From: the human T2T-CHM13v2.0 reference genome, Homo sapiens
Assembly (NCBI RefSeq): GCF_009914755.1
Contig: NC_060927.1
Reading direction: 5' to 3' (one strand)
DNA: 64,000 nt
Under the pieces are notes generated by a model, which was given only the letters and a program-made list of their open reading frames with translations, ran no database searches and was not told the DNA's origin. The position numbers were made by a program, and so were the translations under genes. Shown here in pieces: positions 15,206-31,561 of this stretch. Position 1 is the stretch's first letter. Each line of letters starts with the position of its first letter.

Positions 15206-15510
15206 AGCCGGGCACATTGGCTCATGCCTGTAATCCCAGCACTTTCGGAGGCCGATGCAGGCGGGTCATGAGGTCGGGAGTTCAAGACCAGCCTGGCCAA
15301 CATAGTGAAACCCTGTGTCTACTAAAAATACAAAAAAATTAGTCAGGACGTGGTGGCGGGCACCTGTAATCCCAGCCACTTAATCGCTTGAACCTGGGAG
15401 GCGGAGGTGCAGTGAGTCAAGATTGCACCACCCTACTCCACACTCCAGCCCAGAAGACAGTGCGAGACTCCGTCTAAACAAAAAAAAAGAAAAAATAAAA
15501 GAAAGAAAGA
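15206..15510 (+). mobile_element. AluS (Sg-like) with ~19-nt deletion in right arm
   Basis: cccagccact|taatcgcttg lacks the CGGGAGGCTGAGGCAGGAG segment; degenerate TSD aagaaaacaggga/aaaaaaataggga. Confidence 0.9.
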
Positions 15511-15799
15511 AAAAAATAGGGAGGGAGAAATTCTTTCACATGCTTTGGCAATCTAACATTTAATATTTCTGCACTATTGGTTGCCTTGGTTACATAATTG
15601 GCAGCTCAATGGGATAGAGCTACCTAGATTAAGGAAGTCTTCAACATAAGTATAGGGTGAAAGATTATTTTTAATGAAAACTTCACCTTTAAATTTTAAA
15701 TGTTTAGCTTTCAATTTTCTCTAAATATTAATTTTAAATGTTATTCTCCTGTGCTTAGGAACCAATCTGATAGTGACTCTTTGAGAAGAACCTGTCCTG

Positions 15800-18700
15800 G
15801 GTTTTTTGTTTCTTTTCTTAAATTAATTGTTTTTTATTTTTTGTGGTTATATAGTAGGCATATATATATTTATGGGACATGTGATATTTTGATACAGGCA
15901 TATACTGAATAAGAACCACATTAGGGTAAATGGTTAATCACCTGAAGCATTTATCATTTATTTGCATTCTAAACATTTCAATTATTCTCTTTTAGTTATT
16001 TTTAACTTTACAATAACTTATTATCAACTGCAATTACTCTGTTGTGCTATCAATAAATAGATCTTATTTATTCTATTTAACTATAATTTCGTACTCATTA
16101 ACCATCCTCACTTCTGCCCAGCCTGCACTACACTCCCCAGCCTCTGGTAACTATCATTGTATTATCTGTCTTTATGAGTTAAATTATTTTAACTTTTAGC
16201 TCTCTCAAATAAGTGAAAATATAGGAAGCTTGTCTGTATGTGCCTGGCTTATTTCACTTAATTTAAGGCCCTTCAGTTCCTTCCACGTTGTTGCAAATGA
16301 CAGGATCTCATTATTTTTATGACTGAATAAGTACTCCATTACATATATGTGCCGTATTTTCTTTATTCGTTCATCAGTTGATGGAAACTTAAGTTGATTC
16401 CAAATCTTGGTTATTGTAAACAGTGCTGCAATAAACATGGGAGTGCTGATACCTCTTCGATATACTGATTTTATTCCTTTGGGGTAAATATCTACCAGTG
16501 AGGTTGTTGGATCATATGTTCGTTATTTTTTTTAGTTTTCTAAGGAACTTTCATACAGTTCTTCATAGTGGCTGTACTAATTTACATTTCCACCAATGGT
16601 GTACACAGGTTCCCTTTTCTCCACATTCTTGCCAGCATTTGTTATTGCCTGTCTTTTGGATGAAAGCCATTTTAAATGGGGTGAGATGATACATCATTAT
16701 TGTTTTGATTTGCATTTTCCTGATGATCAATAATATTGAACACTTTTTCATATTTGGTGGTCTTTTTTATGTCTTCTATTGAGAAATGTCTATTCAGATA
16801 CTTTGCCCGTTTTTTAATCAGATCATCAGATGTTTCTCCTATAGAATTGTTTGACCTCCTTATGTATTCTGGTTATTAATTCTTTGTCAGATGGATTTTG
16901 AGTTGTCTCTTCATCTTGTTGATTGTTTTCTTTCCTGTGCAGAAGCTTTTGAACTTGACATGATCTCAAATGTTCATTTTTGCTTTGATTGCCTCTGCTT
17001 CTGAGGTAATAAGAAATATTTTGCTCAAACCAATATCCTAGAGAGTTTCCCTACTTTTCCACTTCAGTAGTTTCACAGTTTGAGGTCTGACAGTTAAAAC
17101 TTTAATCCTTTTTTGTTTCATTTTTATATGTGGTGAGAGACAGGCACCTAGTTTTATTCTTCTGCATATGAATATTCAGTTTTCCCGGTACCATTTATTG
17201 AAGAGACTTGCTTTCCTTAATGTATGTTCTTGACACCTTTGACAAAAATAAGTTCACTCTAGATGTATGGATTCACTTCTAGATTCTCTACTCAGTGTCA
17301 TTGTTCTATTTGTTTTTATGCCAGTATCACACTGTTTTGAATACTATGGCTATGTCATAAAATTTGAAGTCAGGTTATGTGATTTCTCCAGTTTTACACT
17401 TTATCGCTCAGAATGGTTTTAGCTATTCTGAATCTTTTGTGGTTCTGTATAAATTTTAGGATTTCTTTCACTACTGCTGTGAAGAATGTCATTGGCATTT
17501 TGATAGGAATTTCACCGAGTCTGTAGATTGCTTAAGGTAATATGGACATTTTAACAATATTAATTTTTCCAATCTATGATCATTGAATATATTTCCTTTT
17601 TTCTGTCCTTTTCATTTTCTTGCATCAATATTTTATAGTTTTCATGATAGATATCTTTTAATTCTTTGGTAAAGTTTATTCCTAGACATTTTATTTTCTT
17701 GGTAGCTATTGTGAATATAATTACTTTCTTGATTTATTTTGTAGATTGCTCACTTTTTCAAAACAGCTATTTTGAATTCTCTGCCAAAAGGTTCACATGT
17801 CTCTGTCACTCCAGGATTGGTCCTCTGGTGCCTTATTTAGTCTGTTTGGTAAGGCCATGGTTTCCAGGATAATCTTAATGCTTGTGGATGTTTGTCTATG
17901 TCTGGGCATTGAAGAGTTAGGTATATATTGTAGACCTCACAGTCTAGGCTCCTTTGAACCCATCCTTCCTGGGAAGGCTTTCCAAATATTCAAAGAGAAT
18001 TCAGTGTAGTGATATAACTCTTTGATCACTTGAGCCATATTTGCATAACGGGTCACCCCAAATCCAGTAACATGTTAGTCTTGCAGAGTGATAGATGTAC
18101 CATCAACATGGCCTTCGGTAATATCAAAGATATTTATCTGGATTACCAGACAGAGACTCTTCTCTTCCCTTACTTTTCCCCAAACAAATGAAGATTCTCT
18201 GTCCCTGCTGAACTGCCTGGAACTGTGGGAGAGTTGATATAAGCAATCCTATGGTCATAACCACTGCGACTGCAATAAGTTAGAGCCAAAGCCAACACAG
18301 CACTGGGTCTCACCCAAGACATGGCAACCACTTTCTGGCTACTGCTTATGTTCACTCAAGGCTCAAGTGTTCTTCCATGAGCAGATGGCTAATTCAGCCA
18401 AGCCTTATGTCCTCCCTTTCAGTACAGTGAGCTTCTACTTGGGCCAGGGTATGTCCAGAAATGGCATCCAGGAGCCAGCGCCTGAAATTAGGAGCCTTTA
18501 GTATTCTCTTGGTGCTCTATTCTATTGCAGCTGAGCTGGTGCCCGAGCCACAAGACAAAGTCATCCTCACTCTTTTCTATCCTTTACTCAAGCAGGAGGA
18601 GTCTCTCCCCATTGCCACTACTGCCTCAGACCCACAGCAAGTACTGCCTGGCTACCATTGATGTTCATTTAAGGGCCAAGCCATTTTCAGTCAGTTTGTT

Positions 18701-19935
18701 GTAGATGCTGCCACACCTGGATATCTCCCTTAAGTGTAGTGGGTTCCCCACTTGCCCACAGCTAAGTCTAGAGATGCTGTCCAGGAGCCACAAATTGGTG
18801 GTGATCTCAGGAGCACACTTTGTTCTCCAACTCACTGTGGCTGAGCTGGTTCTCAAGCTGCAAGACAAAGTCCCCTTACTCTTCCCTTTCTTTTTCTCGG
18901 GCAGAAAGCATCTCTCCTTGTGTCCACCACAGTTTGTAATATTCTGGATAACACCTAAAGCCAGCATCACACTGGATTGGATCCAAGGGTCATGGCTACT
19001 AATACCTGGCTACTATTGGTATTCAAGGCTCAAGGGTTATTTAGGCAGCAGGTGATGTATCCTGCCAGACCTGGGTCCTTCTCTTCAAGGCAGCAAGTTC
19101 TCTTCTGGCCCAGGGTAGGTTTACGAATGTCAGCCAGGAGCTAGGGGTGGAAGGAGTCTCAGGACCCTACCTAGTGCCTTATTCTACTGTGGCTGAGCTG
19201 GTTTCCAAGTTGCAAAATAAAGCCCTTTTTATTCTCTCCTTTTCTCTACTCAAGAGAAAGTGAAAGAGAAAGGAAGAAGTCTTTCCCAGAACTGTGAGCT
19301 GTACTACCCTAGGGTTCAGGGAGGGGTGATGCAGGCACTCCTTTGGTCGCTCCAGCTGGTGTCTCACTATGTTGTGTGTAACCCAAGTCCACCGGTTCCA
19401 AGCACAGCACAGCACAAGGATTTGTCAAGGAATTGTAGTACTTTTGGCTTAGACTGACTTTCAAATTTAAGACCCCAGTGCACTTTAGCTCATGGTCATG
19501 TGGCCAGCTGGAACTTGGGTTTTGACCACTAGAATGGATGGTTCCCCTGGGGCTAGGGCTGGTATAAATGCTCCCTCCATGGGTGCCAGATAAATTCTGC
19601 CCTATGATGCTTTCTGCTGTGACAAGCAGCACTGATTTCCTATGCAAAGTTCCACAATAACTGCAATCTCCCTCCCTCAAGCACACAGATTCTCTCTCTG
19701 CACCTCTGCTGGGGCATGGGAAGTGGTGGTGAAGGCAATTCAAGCTTGTCTTGTCTATCCCCTTCAGTGTCTCTTTCCTTGATATGATGTTAAATCCAGG
19801 TACTGTGAGTGCTTCCCTGATTTTTGGTTGTTGTGGAGATGTTTTCTTATGTGGATAGTTACTCATTTTGGTGTTCTTGCAGGGAGAATGATTACTGGAA
19901 GATTCTATTTGGCCATCTTGTTCTGCTTTCCCCCA
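15800..19935 (-). mobile_element. L1MA (L1MA2/3-like 3' end, L1M1-type 5' end), both ends retained, large internal deletion at ~17755
   Basis: 3'UTR at 15830-16200; ORF2 C-terminal remnants (ORF track [25 protein letters not shown]); abrupt jump to ORF1 5' region; sense-strand 5' end GGGGGAAAGCAGAACAAGATGGCC near 19910-19934. Confidence 0.85.
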
Positions 19936-20475
19936 TTCTGTTTTATAAATACACAATTACCTTAATGTCATTCTGTCCTAATGGGAAATAACAATAGACA
20001 TCTGGTAAGACACCATAAATTATTGTAATTTAAATAAATAGCAAAGCACAGAGGTTAAATTTGCCAAAATTGTGAGACGAAGATACTTCTTAGATTATTT
20101 AGCTCCTCTAAAATCAGCTTGCTGGTATATTCAACATATTTCATTTTAACAGAATTTCTGAAACTTAGATACATAGATAAGTAAAAATATAAATATATAA
20201 AAAATCATTTCATTGAAATATAATAGCCTTGAAAAGGGGTTCCACACTTTCTTTATCAAGACTTGATGTGGCTTGTTTTATAATTTCAGTAAGTGTCAGG
20301 TGAAGTATCAAGGGATTACAGATATGAGGGGCTGAAACCAGTCAATGTCTTATTTTGGGGACTGGCTTTGTCCAGGCCTCAGAAAATATGGATGGCTGGG
20401 TCATGTTGTACTCAACTCTACTTGTTCATTAATTTAACAGCTGGATATGATTGTATTGTTTTGTTGCATTTCAAG

Positions 20476-20477
<2 letters not shown>

Positions 20478-20511
<34 letters not shown>
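20478..20511. repeat. (CA)n microsatellite
   Basis: About 17 CA units. Confidence 0.95.
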
Positions 20512-20514
<3 letters not shown>

Positions 20515-20729
20515 ATACACAAAGAGATAATAAAAATAAACAAATGAAATAAATTGTGTTTAGTGATAAATGTTATGAATAAAATCACATAGGGTTACAC
20601 AGTGAATGGTAGGGTGATTTTCGATATATTAAGTTCTATGTTCATGGAAAATCTTTCTAACAAAGGGATAAGAAAAAAATGAATAGAAAGTAAAAAAAAA
20701 AGGGGGAGCATAATGTCACACATATCTGG

Positions 20730-21076
20730 ACTTTATTTCCCAGCATACCTTGTAGTTAGTGAAGTTATCTACCTAAATATTGGCCAATGGAATATGAGCA
20801 GTAGTGCTGTACACAGTTATCAGGATGAGCACTTCTGGGAAAATACGTCTTTCATATGCTCTTTTTCTGTCTTTTAGCTGAACAGAGAAGTTCTGATTAC
20901 CTATTGGCCACTGGAATCATGGAAGGGGGAAGAATCATGTGCTTCTGAATGTGTAGATCTCTTTCATCTAATGGAATTGCACCACACCTAAAGCAAGAAA
21001 CAAACTTTTTGTTACTCTCAGCAACTGATATTTTGGAGTTATTTTATATACCATTTTGCCACGTCAGATAAATACA
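20730..21076 (+). mobile_element. ERVL/MaLR LTR fragment (MLT1/LTR16-like)
   Basis: atttcccagcatacc…tggccaatggaatatgagcag…aagcaagaaacaaactttt…gataaataca. Confidence 0.55.
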
Positions 21077-21079
21077 GAT

Positions 21080-21255
21080 ATTAGTGTGTGAACATAGGAA
21101 AGTTACTTTATTGTATGTCTCAGTTTTCCCATTTGGAAAGTAGGTGAATGATAGTATATTTCCACAAGATTGTTATGAGGCCTAAATGAATTAATGCCTG
21201 TAAAACATATAGATTAGTGTCTGCTACTAAATACATATTACATAACTTTTACTAT
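21080..21255 (+). mobile_element. MIR
   Basis: Core: aagttacttt…tctcagttttcccatttggaaa…ttgttatgaggcctaaatga…tgtaaaacat. Confidence 0.75.
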
Positions 21256-21269
21256 TTTTGTAGTTTTAT

Positions 21270-21590
21270 TAGAGAAGAGAATTTCTGGATGAGAATGCAG
21301 GAAAGACAGAAAGTTTAAGCCTCTATCAAACTTGCTGTGGAATGATGGGTATAATAAGGGAAATAAAGCAAATGAGAGGAGATGAGTTTAATTGTTAAGA
21401 TTGAAGCCAGGTCTAGGGGAGTCTCATTGACTTAAAATAATTTAAATTTAGTGACAGATTTGAGTATGAACACTTATAGTTTAAAATTACCCATTTCACT
21501 TTGGGTGGAGAATGGACTCTTTGGAGGCAAGATTGGGAGCAATAAATCTGATTATGAGATTATTGCAACAATGCAGAAGAAGACAGGAGT
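21270..21590 (-). mobile_element. LINE-2 fragment (probably continuing the L2-like sequence at 20530-20730)
   Basis: …gagatgag…cactttgggtggagaatggact…ggaggcaagattgg…gattattgcaacaatgcag. Confidence 0.5.
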
Positions 21591-21631
21591 GCCTTACCAA
21601 ATACTTAACACATGTTTTATTTTTCAAATGT

Positions 21632-24422
<2,791 letters not shown>

Positions 24423-25911
24423 TAGTTGCCACTGCTCTAGGCTTCATTTTTTCCATCCCTTCTACATTTAACGAGAAAGGCTGGTAAATAATATTAGTCA
24501 CATAAAAAACATCAACATTTCACAATTTGAAATTGTTGCCAGAGAAAAAAACAACAAAGAACCTGACAGGCAATATTTAACACTTCTTAGATCATATACT
24601 TTTGTTACTGAAAATTGACAATCATCTTTGTGGCAAAACTTAGCTAGAGGATCAATCCTGCTTCATTCATTTTTATATAATTTTGATTCCAGTTATTTTA
24701 TTTTGAAATTATTTACTGATTCAGTGACACTTGGAATTGTTAACCACTGCTAGAAAAATGGCACAAGAAATAAGTAAAAACAATTTAAAGTTGTATGATT
24801 TATCTTATTAATTCCCTGATTCTGTGTCATAATAAGCAGCTCAGATTGATGTCACTTGTGAGAAGACAATAAAAGATTGAGAAGTGGATAAATGGAGAGA
24901 GAGAACCAAGCATGTAAGTACACAGGGACAAAAGAAAAGAATACATACGCATCACTGCACAATGCTTACTACGCTAGAACTTAATGTAAGATAAAGGAAT
25001 TAACTGGAGACACAGCTAAACAGGTTGACAAGCAACAGTTCTAGTAGACCATCTACAATCTTTCTATACATCTGTACACATAAAGATGTCCATCGTACAA
25101 AAACTTTAGGTTTGATTTTAGTAGTATGTAACACTTACTAAATACATAGATTTCAGTATATATGTGGATTATGTACTACAAATAAAGAATTCATAATGTT
25201 AAAATGTATGAAAAGTAAATGCTTCCAAAACTAGATATATCTCTAATTACATTCAGTTGTAATTATTTACCAATAAATATTGTATCAGAACCATTGCCCA
25301 TTAACTACATTCCATAAATATAAAACTTTACTCGTTGATTACTCAGCAACTACCTACTCCATACCTGTTACATGGCAGTCCTTCTTTTTATATTGAAGAT
25401 ACTATACTACATAAGGCAGGTATTTTATAGTCATGTATCACTTACAGTCCAATAAAAAATATTAAAAATATTGACATTTTGTAATATATGGGGTACATAT
25501 GTTGGCATAAAATATTATGTGCCCATAAACTAAATGAGTTGAATAAGCATATACTTTTCCTTTCCCTGAGAATTCTTTAAAGAACAATGATTTTAACTTT
25601 CTTCTGAGAAAAATTAAATTTTCTCTTTTTCTATCCTCAATGCCTATATTCACTTTTTCTCTGGCACTAACCTAAAGCCAAGTGCAGGTTCTTTGCTTCA
25701 CTGACATTTAAGCTCCCATCTTAGATTATATACCTAGAAGACTTAAATAATTTTTTATTTTTAAAAATTGTCAAAACATGAGATTTAATGTATTTAAATA
25801 TACTAATACAATAACATAAAAATACAATACAATAATATAAATATAATATAAAAATAATATAAATATAATATAAAAAAGGAACTGTATTTTTGCACATACT
25901 TTATGGCCTCT

Positions 25912-25980
25912 ATCAGCCAACAAATATTAATTACATAACTATTATGTGCCAGGCACTGCTTTTATATGCAGGTATAACAA
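25912..25980 (-). mobile_element. L2 3' end fragment
   Basis: caacaaatattaatt…actattatgtgccaggcactg. Confidence 0.6.
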
Positions 25981-27039
25981 CATATTTATCAGCTAAAAGA
26001 AGGAATATTATTCTAGGAATAAAGAAAGTATAGAAGGTCTGCTCAAATTAAAGCAGAAGAGAAATAAGACCCATAATAGTCAAGCCACAAATATCAGACA
26101 CATTTAGTAGATGAATGCCCAACAATAAAATTATAGAATTTTTAATCTCAAAGTATGTTCACTGTAGATACTGGCAAAAATTGACCAAATAATTACAAAA
26201 CTGAGCAGTAAATAATGTGCTCACAGCTGAAATGGGTTGCCGAGGGAAAATCTAAGATCATGCCAGTACAGCCTATGATTAACCAACATTTCCCAGAGAC
26301 GTTTATGCATAAGATTAAAAAGAGTCTGTAAAATATTATTTTCTTTAAAGTTAATAATCAAAATTTGATTAAATGATATTTAGAAATGTAAGCACCATTA
26401 AGAATTGTACATTACTGTTTTTTAAGTTGAGGGAAGTTCCATACTTTTTAAAAAATTCTCACCCAATGGTGGTAAGCAGAGTGCTTGCTTTATTACATAA
26501 ATTGATGTATTTTTCTCTCTATGCAGTCCATATTCCTGTGCATACTTTTCCCCTCTGAGAAGAACTTTATACAGCACTTTATACAATATAACATAGGGAA
26601 GAAATTGAGAAGTACTCATGAATTTTCAGAATCATTATTTTGGATTGCTAGAACTGTCACAAGAGAATGCCTTTCTAGAGAATGTGGAGGTCTTCCATAG
26701 AACTTAGCATATGAGTAATTGGGAAGGCGTTAGTATATTAAAACATTTTAGGTATATAACCAATTCTCAAAGTTACTAAAATTTTTTCATTACATCTAGA
26801 TATTAAAATTAACTGAAAATATTTGAAAGAAAATGAAATATTTAACAAACTAGAAATATCCAAAAGTTTATATTTTGATTGATATTACATTATACTTAAT
26901 ACAGTATGTCTTTAGAATAATCATAAGGGTAATTTTCCAGTAAACATCCAAGGACATTTCCATATACATGGCTGACTTAGCAGTATGATTTATTTCCCTT
27001 GTTTCCACATCTATATTAAACTTTGCCTTCTAGTATTTA

Positions 27040-27228
27040 AGAACACTGCATAGTTTCCTATACTGGGTTCATTCCGTATGATCTTTGTGATCTTGGGGAA
27101 GCTACATAAACTCCTTCATGAAATAAAAGTAATCATTATACTAACCTCATCAAGTTTTAATGGGAATTTTTAAGTCATGTGGATAAAAGCATTTACCACT
27201 TTACAGCTCTGCTTGACTCATAGTAAAG
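27040..27228 (+). mobile_element. MIR
   Basis: ctgggttc…tgtgatcttggggaagc…tactaacctcat…ataaaagcattt…catagtaa. Confidence 0.6.
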
Positions 27229-27234
27229 TCTTAA

Positions 27235-27579
<345 letters not shown>

Positions 27580-28009
27580 AGGTCTTAATTTTTATAGATG
27601 TATTGGTTAAAAATAAACCTATTCACTTTCTCTCAGACAAAACAGTAGCTTAAGCATTTAAGATAAATTAGACCAATAGTTTTCAATTAAATACGTGAAT
27701 TTGATACACATAGATAATTTTATTTTAATGTAGACAAACTGGGCCTGCCTCGGACAAACTGTTTTTAATTGCAGCCCCAAAGTTAACGACTATTAACCTA
27801 GATAATTTCTTGACCCTCAGGCTTATCTTTAATGTCCATGATCATGGAAATAGAAATGGAGAGACAATAACTATAGTCAAATACATGGTTTTTTTTCCTG
27901 AATCTCCTTCTTTATTCTTTCTTCTTAGAAATTACTTTCTAAAGTAATATTTTTACATGTAAATTGAGCAATTACAAATATGCATGTATTTTCCTGATAT
28001 CTACAGTTA

Positions 28010-28210
28010 GTGTGCTATAGTGAAAAGATTGACTTTAAATAGACTGATCTAATTCCAGCTTCACCAGGTATTAACAATATTCTATCTTCTTCTTGGACTT
28101 CAGGATTCTCAAGATTAAAATTTGAAAATCTATGGATTTGAAGAATTGTATTCAATGACAAATGTAACATACCATGTTTAGAACCATTCTTGTCTATAGT
28201 AGCAGTTTAA
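28010..28210 (+). mobile_element. MIR (degenerate)
   Basis: gtgctatagtgaaaag…gactgatctaattccagct…ggacttcag…aattgtattcaatgacaaatgtaa. Confidence 0.45.
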
Positions 28211-29882
28211 AGGCACTAGTAGTAGCATTTCCCCTTCTCATTTTATCTTTAAATCCAAGCCTATCTCTTCTGTATATAATTGGTAAATGCTTTCTTGAGT
28301 TTGAAGTTATGAAGACCTCACAGGGTTATTGTAGCAAATTAAACAATATATAAAAATGTTATTTTTAAAAGCAGTAAACCATTTTAAAAACAAAGGTTGC
28401 TACTGTAACCTTTCTGCGATTCAGTCCTATATATATATTTGCATTTGGAAAAATAAGATTCCATAAACAATTACAAAGCACCAGTCACATTTAAAACTAA
28501 ATTTATATCTATATCTATATCTATATCTGCAAAATGCAATAGTCTCTATCTTCCCTTACCTTCTTGACTGATATTTTTAGGATCCCAGTAGTAAATATTT
28601 TTTTCTGAGTCTTTCAACAAAAGAAACAGATGAGATTCAATATCTCATCACTTTCAAAAAGTACTGGATAGATAAGCATGCGTTAGTTTCTTTAACATGT
28701 ATTACATACTTCTTATTTTTAAACTAGCGTTCTAAATAAAAATAAGTTTGTACAACCTATTAGGCTTATTTCTCCAAGGGCATAAAAAATTAGAGTTATA
28801 ATTTGTAATAGTCCCTCATGGAAAGTTGCTGAGAGTGGTATCCAACAGGCAATGTACTGTAGTTAATGAAAGGTCTATGCTAATTTTGTTTCCAATTCAG
28901 CTTATTCTTTACAGAAGAAAAATAAAATAATATATAAAATACAGATGTCTTCACATAGTCCCAGCTCTTTTAAAAACCAACAAAGCATCAATCTAAAAAC
29001 TAAAAAAAGAAAAAAATGATTACAATTCTGTGGACATAATGGGGAGCTTATAATGTTTGTATTTAAAAATGAATATAATAAGAGTAAAATTATTCTGTCT
29101 TTCATGGGAAATGAATAGGTGACTATTTACAAGAAATATTTGTACATTTGGGGAATAATTTATCTTCTGAAAATAAAGGCAATAAAAGAAAAGAATGACA
29201 AAGCATTAGATTTACTCCATGGCACATTCTAATTATTTAGTTAATAGTAGTACCTGAAAAGAAACATATGATCATCCAAAAAATCCAAATAGAGATACTT
29301 TTCTGGTTACTGAAGAAAATTTTATTGATTAGATTTTAAATACACTTTATATTAACTGCATGATATAATGATGTATAATTATATAAGGCATTTCAAAAAA
29401 TAAAAAGACTTTATCATAGGTGATTACAATAAAGACAAGGAAAGAATCTTCATCAGTCGTTTATTTATCAATTTCAAATTCTTTGGTATTTTGACAGGAT
29501 ATATTAACCAGACAACTTCTGTTTAGGAGGAAAATCAAGGGCAATGAATGAGGTAAGGACCATTCTTTGACATACTTTCTCTAGCCTTGGTTCCTACTGT
29601 ACTATTTTTTGGCTTGTCTTTAATTCTATTTGAGATCTTGAAATATTTTCTCCACAACGAAGATATTTATCATATCATCTCCACCTTCCATGTGAATAAC
29701 TGAATTTTCTTTATTGTCCCCTCCCTCATTGGCTGTTAGCTACCAGATAGAGATCTGAACTTTCTATTTAATTTTACATATGGTCCATTTGCCATTGCTA
29801 AGACCCTGTCTATCCATATATGAGTAACTTTTACATTTCTACTGTCTTCACCATCTGTTCATCCATTCCTTTAATCATTCAC

Positions 29883-30252
29883 TGTCTTAGTTTGAGCTAT
29901 TATAGCAAAGTATCACAGAATGGACAGTTAATAAACAACAACAAATAAATATCTTTCACAGTTCCGAAAGCTAGAAGTCCAAAATGCTAAGACCAGTGTG
30001 GCTGGGTCATGGCCTTCTTCCTGTTTGCAGACTGCCAGCTATTCATTGTGTCCTCATATATATTTTCTATTTTCTTGCAAAAAGAGAGCAAGCTGGATCT
30101 CTTGCCTCTTCTTGCAAGACTAATCCCGTTCATGAGTTTTCCACACTCATGACCTAATTATCTCCTAAAGGCTCTACCTCCTAATACCACATATTGGGGG
30201 TTAAAATTTCAACATATGAATTTGTATGGGACACAACATTTAGTTCATAATA
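29883..30252 (-). mobile_element. MLT1A-type MaLR solo LTR
   Basis: tgtcttagt…gctagaagtccaa…catgacctaattatctcctaaagg…tttcaacatatgaattt…cataata; perfect 5-bp TSD ttcac (29878-29882, 30253-30257). Confidence 0.88.
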
Positions 30253-30402
30253 TTCACCCAATAAATATTAATTTAATTCTTAAATGTTGTATGCAGATCA
30301 ACGGAGTCTATCTCAATTTCTCTCCGTCATGGATAGAAAAATCTTTCTCTTCTCTACAGATATTTTAAAATATTTCACGTGTTAAGGTTCTTTTCCATGA
30401 GT

Positions 30403-31560
30403 CTAGTACCAAGCTGTTTTGGTTACTGTAGAGTTGTAGTATAGTTTGAAGTCAGGTAGCATGATGCCTCCAGCTTTGTTCTTTTTGCTTAGGATTGTCT
30501 TGGTTCTTTTTTGGTTCCAAATGAAGTTTAAAGTAGTTTTTTTTTTCTAATTCTTTGAAGAAAGTCAACGGTATCTTGATGGGAATAGTATTGAATCTAT
30601 AAATCACTTTGGGCAGTATGATATTTTTCACGATACTGATTCTTCCTATCCATGAGCATGGAATGCTTTTCCATTTGTTTGTGTCCTCCCTTATTTCCTT
30701 GAGCAATGGTTTGTAGTTCTCTTTGAAGAGGTTCTTCACATCCCTTGTAAGTTGTATTCCCAGGTATTTTGTTTTCTGCGCAGCAATTGTGAATGGGGAT
30801 TCACTCATGATTTGGCTCTCTGTTTTTCTATTATTGGTGTATAGGAATGCTTGTGATTTTTACACATTGATTTTGTATCCTGAGACTTTGCTGAATTTGC
30901 TTATCAGCTTAAGGAGTTTTTCGTCTGATATGATGGGGATTTCTAAATATACAATCATATCATCTACAAACAGAGATAATTTGACTTATTCTCTACCTAT
31001 GTGAATACACTTTATTTCTTTCTCTTGCCTGATTGCCCTGGCCAGAACTTCCAATACTGTGTTGAATAGGAGTGGAGAGAGAGGGTATCCTTGTCTTCTG
31101 CCAGTTTTCCAAGGGAATGCTTCCAGCTTTTGCCATTTCAGTATGATACTGGCTGTGAGTTTGTCATAAATAACTCTTATTTTGAGATACGTTCCATCAA
31201 TACCTGGTTTATTGATAGTTTTTTAGCATGAAGCGGTGTTAAATTTTATTGAAGGCCTTTTCTGCATCTATTGAGATAATCATGTTTTTTTTTGTCATCA
31301 GTTCTGTTTATGTGATGGATTACATTTATTATTTTGCGTATGTTGAACCAGCCTTCTATCCCAGGAATGTAGCCGTCTTGACTGTGGTGGATAAGCTTTT
31401 TAATGTGCTGCTGGATTCAGTTTGCCAATATTTTATTGAAGATTTTTGCATTGATGTTCATCACGGACATGGGACTAAAACTTTCTTTTTTTGTTGTGTC
31501 TCTGCCAGGTTTTGGTATCAGGATGATGCTGGCTTCAGAAAATGAGATAGGAAGAAGTCC
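30403..31560 (-). mobile_element. L1PA8-like insertion, inverted 5' segment (ORF2 RT region)
   Basis: Antisense ORF2 (ORF track 30452..30808 …[20 protein letters not shown]…); pairs with the sense segment 31562-32935. Confidence 0.92.
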
Positions 31561-31561
31561 T

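Noticed and set aside
15780-19950. TSD for the L1MA element
   Set aside because: The flanks (cctgggtttt vs ttctgtttt) are too dissimilar to call
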